Shown here: positions 62,201 through 64,000 of the stretch, in pieces
Layout of the letters: each line of letters starts with the position of its first letter
Numbering within the stretch: the first letter of the stretch is position 1
Source: Phallusia mammillata
Lineage: Eukaryota
Direction of reading: 5' to 3'
NCBI GenBank assembly: GCA_965637545.1
Contig: OZ281495.1
Location: forward strand, 21,948,001 to 22,012,000
DNA: 64,000 nt
Notes under the pieces: model-generated
The model's input: only the letters and a program-made list of their open reading frames with translations
What the model was told of the DNA's origin: nothing
Databases searched by the model: none
Made by a program: the position numbers and the translations under genes

Positions 62201-64000
62201 TCTTGTATAAAGCGTTTTTTTACAAAATGGTGATTTATGAAACGTGCTTACACTGATTCATTTGTCTGCTTCGATTTTAGCAGAAGCGAAAATAAGGTGT
62301 GTTTTTAAATGCCCGAATTGTTTGACGTACCAATAAAGTGATTTGGTAATGCTCCTGCTTAAATCAAAGTTCCACTAGTTTTTTCCAAAGGTTTCTTTGA
62401 AAAATGTAGTTGTCACAATATGTTAGCATTTTTATGTTACCTGTCCTTAGGTTTTGCACTTTTTGGAATATTCTGTCCTTAATGACAAGTTACTAAACAA
62501 ATTCCAATTTCGCTGTTTAACACAAACCCGCACTTTTTTGAGATGTCCATGTGTCTGTCAATTCGCAAATTTAAAAGTGAACGCATAACATGTGTGTGGC
62601 GATCCTCATATAACTAATTTAGGTTAATGACAGGCACAAGTCATGAATCACCTGGTTGTTTTGAGGTTGTAAAAAAAGTTCAAATGATTTGTGGCGAAAA
62701 ACATGCATTTTTCTTTACTTAAGCTGCAAGTGACGATCAGCAGTAGATGTTTAATTATTGTCACGATGCCCTGACGCTGTGATAACATTGTTTGCAATCA
62801 ACAGTGCATTTTTTCGTATCTAATACTTACTGGTGCCTGTAACAAGTTCGCACGGCTTAATCCGTCCAATCAACATTCTTCGCATACCTGTCTATAAAAC
62901 GCGAGCTACCGCCAATCGACCTTCCATATATGGCAGGTCGACCCGGCCATTCCATCACTCACCGCAAACCAGGGTATCAATAGCAGTGGGGCGGCCTGGG
63001 GTTAATTCGCCTTGGAACCCAAGCCCGTGGACTCAAGGAGCCACGGAAGTTTTTATAGGCGGGAATGTTGTTTTGATCGAACGTTTCAAGTCCGCTAACA
63101 GTCCGTGTGGTATTCACCTAACAAGTTCATCCATCAATGTAGCTTCCTATAATCCAAAGGTTTTAGCTTTTTTTGCCTAATTTAGGGTATGTCTCTTATT
63201 TCAACAGGTATCGTAACCAAACCGGGAAAACTGATCTTTCTCTTGGAGATTCGTTTCTTTGCGAACGCAGGAACCGTTTTCATTTGTGTTGCAAATGGGG
63301 ATTTAGGAGTTGTGGGAGTTGAGGAAACCTGATTTTAGCGATATTTGTTGAAAAGAAAAATGAATTTACCCATTGTACATCATCAATACCGAAAGGAGTT
63401 ACGGTTTTTATAGTTTTGTGGTTAAAATTTAAATGATAAACGCATTCCCGTATTGAACAAATTGCCCCACATCGTTTTGCTAAAATGTTAGTAAAGCCAA
63501 AAACAGGTGTGTCCTACTTTAACAACGATTTCCGAACTAACGCCACTTTGTTCCAAAAATATATCGCAGCACTTTGGACGAAAAAATACCAACTCCTCGA
63601 TGTAGAGGCACGAAATCATTTTCAGCAACAACTAGTCGTTGACCTGGGTGGTCGGTAATGGAACATTGTTTGTAAACTTTTTGTTGGCATTAGCTTTGAT
63701 ATCTTCCATACAATGGATGTGAACTCGACTCCAAGTTCTCACCCTCATTGTTTTCTGCTGAAGTGTATATTGCATAGGGGCGAGGCTGTATTTCGGCATG
63801 TTTTACTGAATAGTTAGAAAATCACGTTCCCACGCATAATTCACTTGTCGCACAATAAAGCCTAGCTAGTGTGTTGTGTTTTAAGCTATATCGTGCAAAA
63901 CAAACCATAATTAGGAGACCGGAAAATAATGTATTATCTTTTTGACAAAGATGAGTCCAAAGTATTTAAAGTTATCCACAATTTTGTGAAACAACCCTTT

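Noticed and set aside
1-64000. CRISPR arrays, rRNA or prokaryotic operon-type systems
   Set aside because: The DNA is eukaryotic with spliceosomal introns; no repeat-spacer arrays or rRNA-like sequence were seen.

Overview
Eukaryotic, intron-rich invertebrate chordate DNA, most consistent with an ascidian tunicate (compact introns, chordate-type orthologs, patchy CpG depletion); the species cannot be determined from the sequence. Gene order: GPA2/GPHA2-like glycoprotein hormone alpha (+, 2836-14449, with a 10.9-kb intron) converging on GPB5/GPHB5-like beta (-, 17685-18401); a transposon-rich block (19.5-27.9 kb: hAT MITE, Penelope remnant, LINE remnant, hairpin insertion, decayed Ty3/Gypsy with both LTRs); EIF3D (+), BICRA/GLTSCR1-like (+), NAT10 (+, with one GC-AG and one U12 AT-AC intron), a divergent class A GPCR (+), STPG4-like (-), and a decayed coding-like zone resembling GT31 glycosyltransferase pseudogenes (59-64 kb). 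The most striking observation is that both thyrostimulin-type subunits have 11 rather than 10 mature cysteines, and the two extra residues sit at the positions of the two halves of the vertebrate CGA Cys7-Cys31 bond, one in each subunit, suggesting a covalently linked heterodimer; the beta subunit also has a furin-type prodomain. All exon models, translations and counts were done by hand with no database searches; orthology rests on recalled family motifs.
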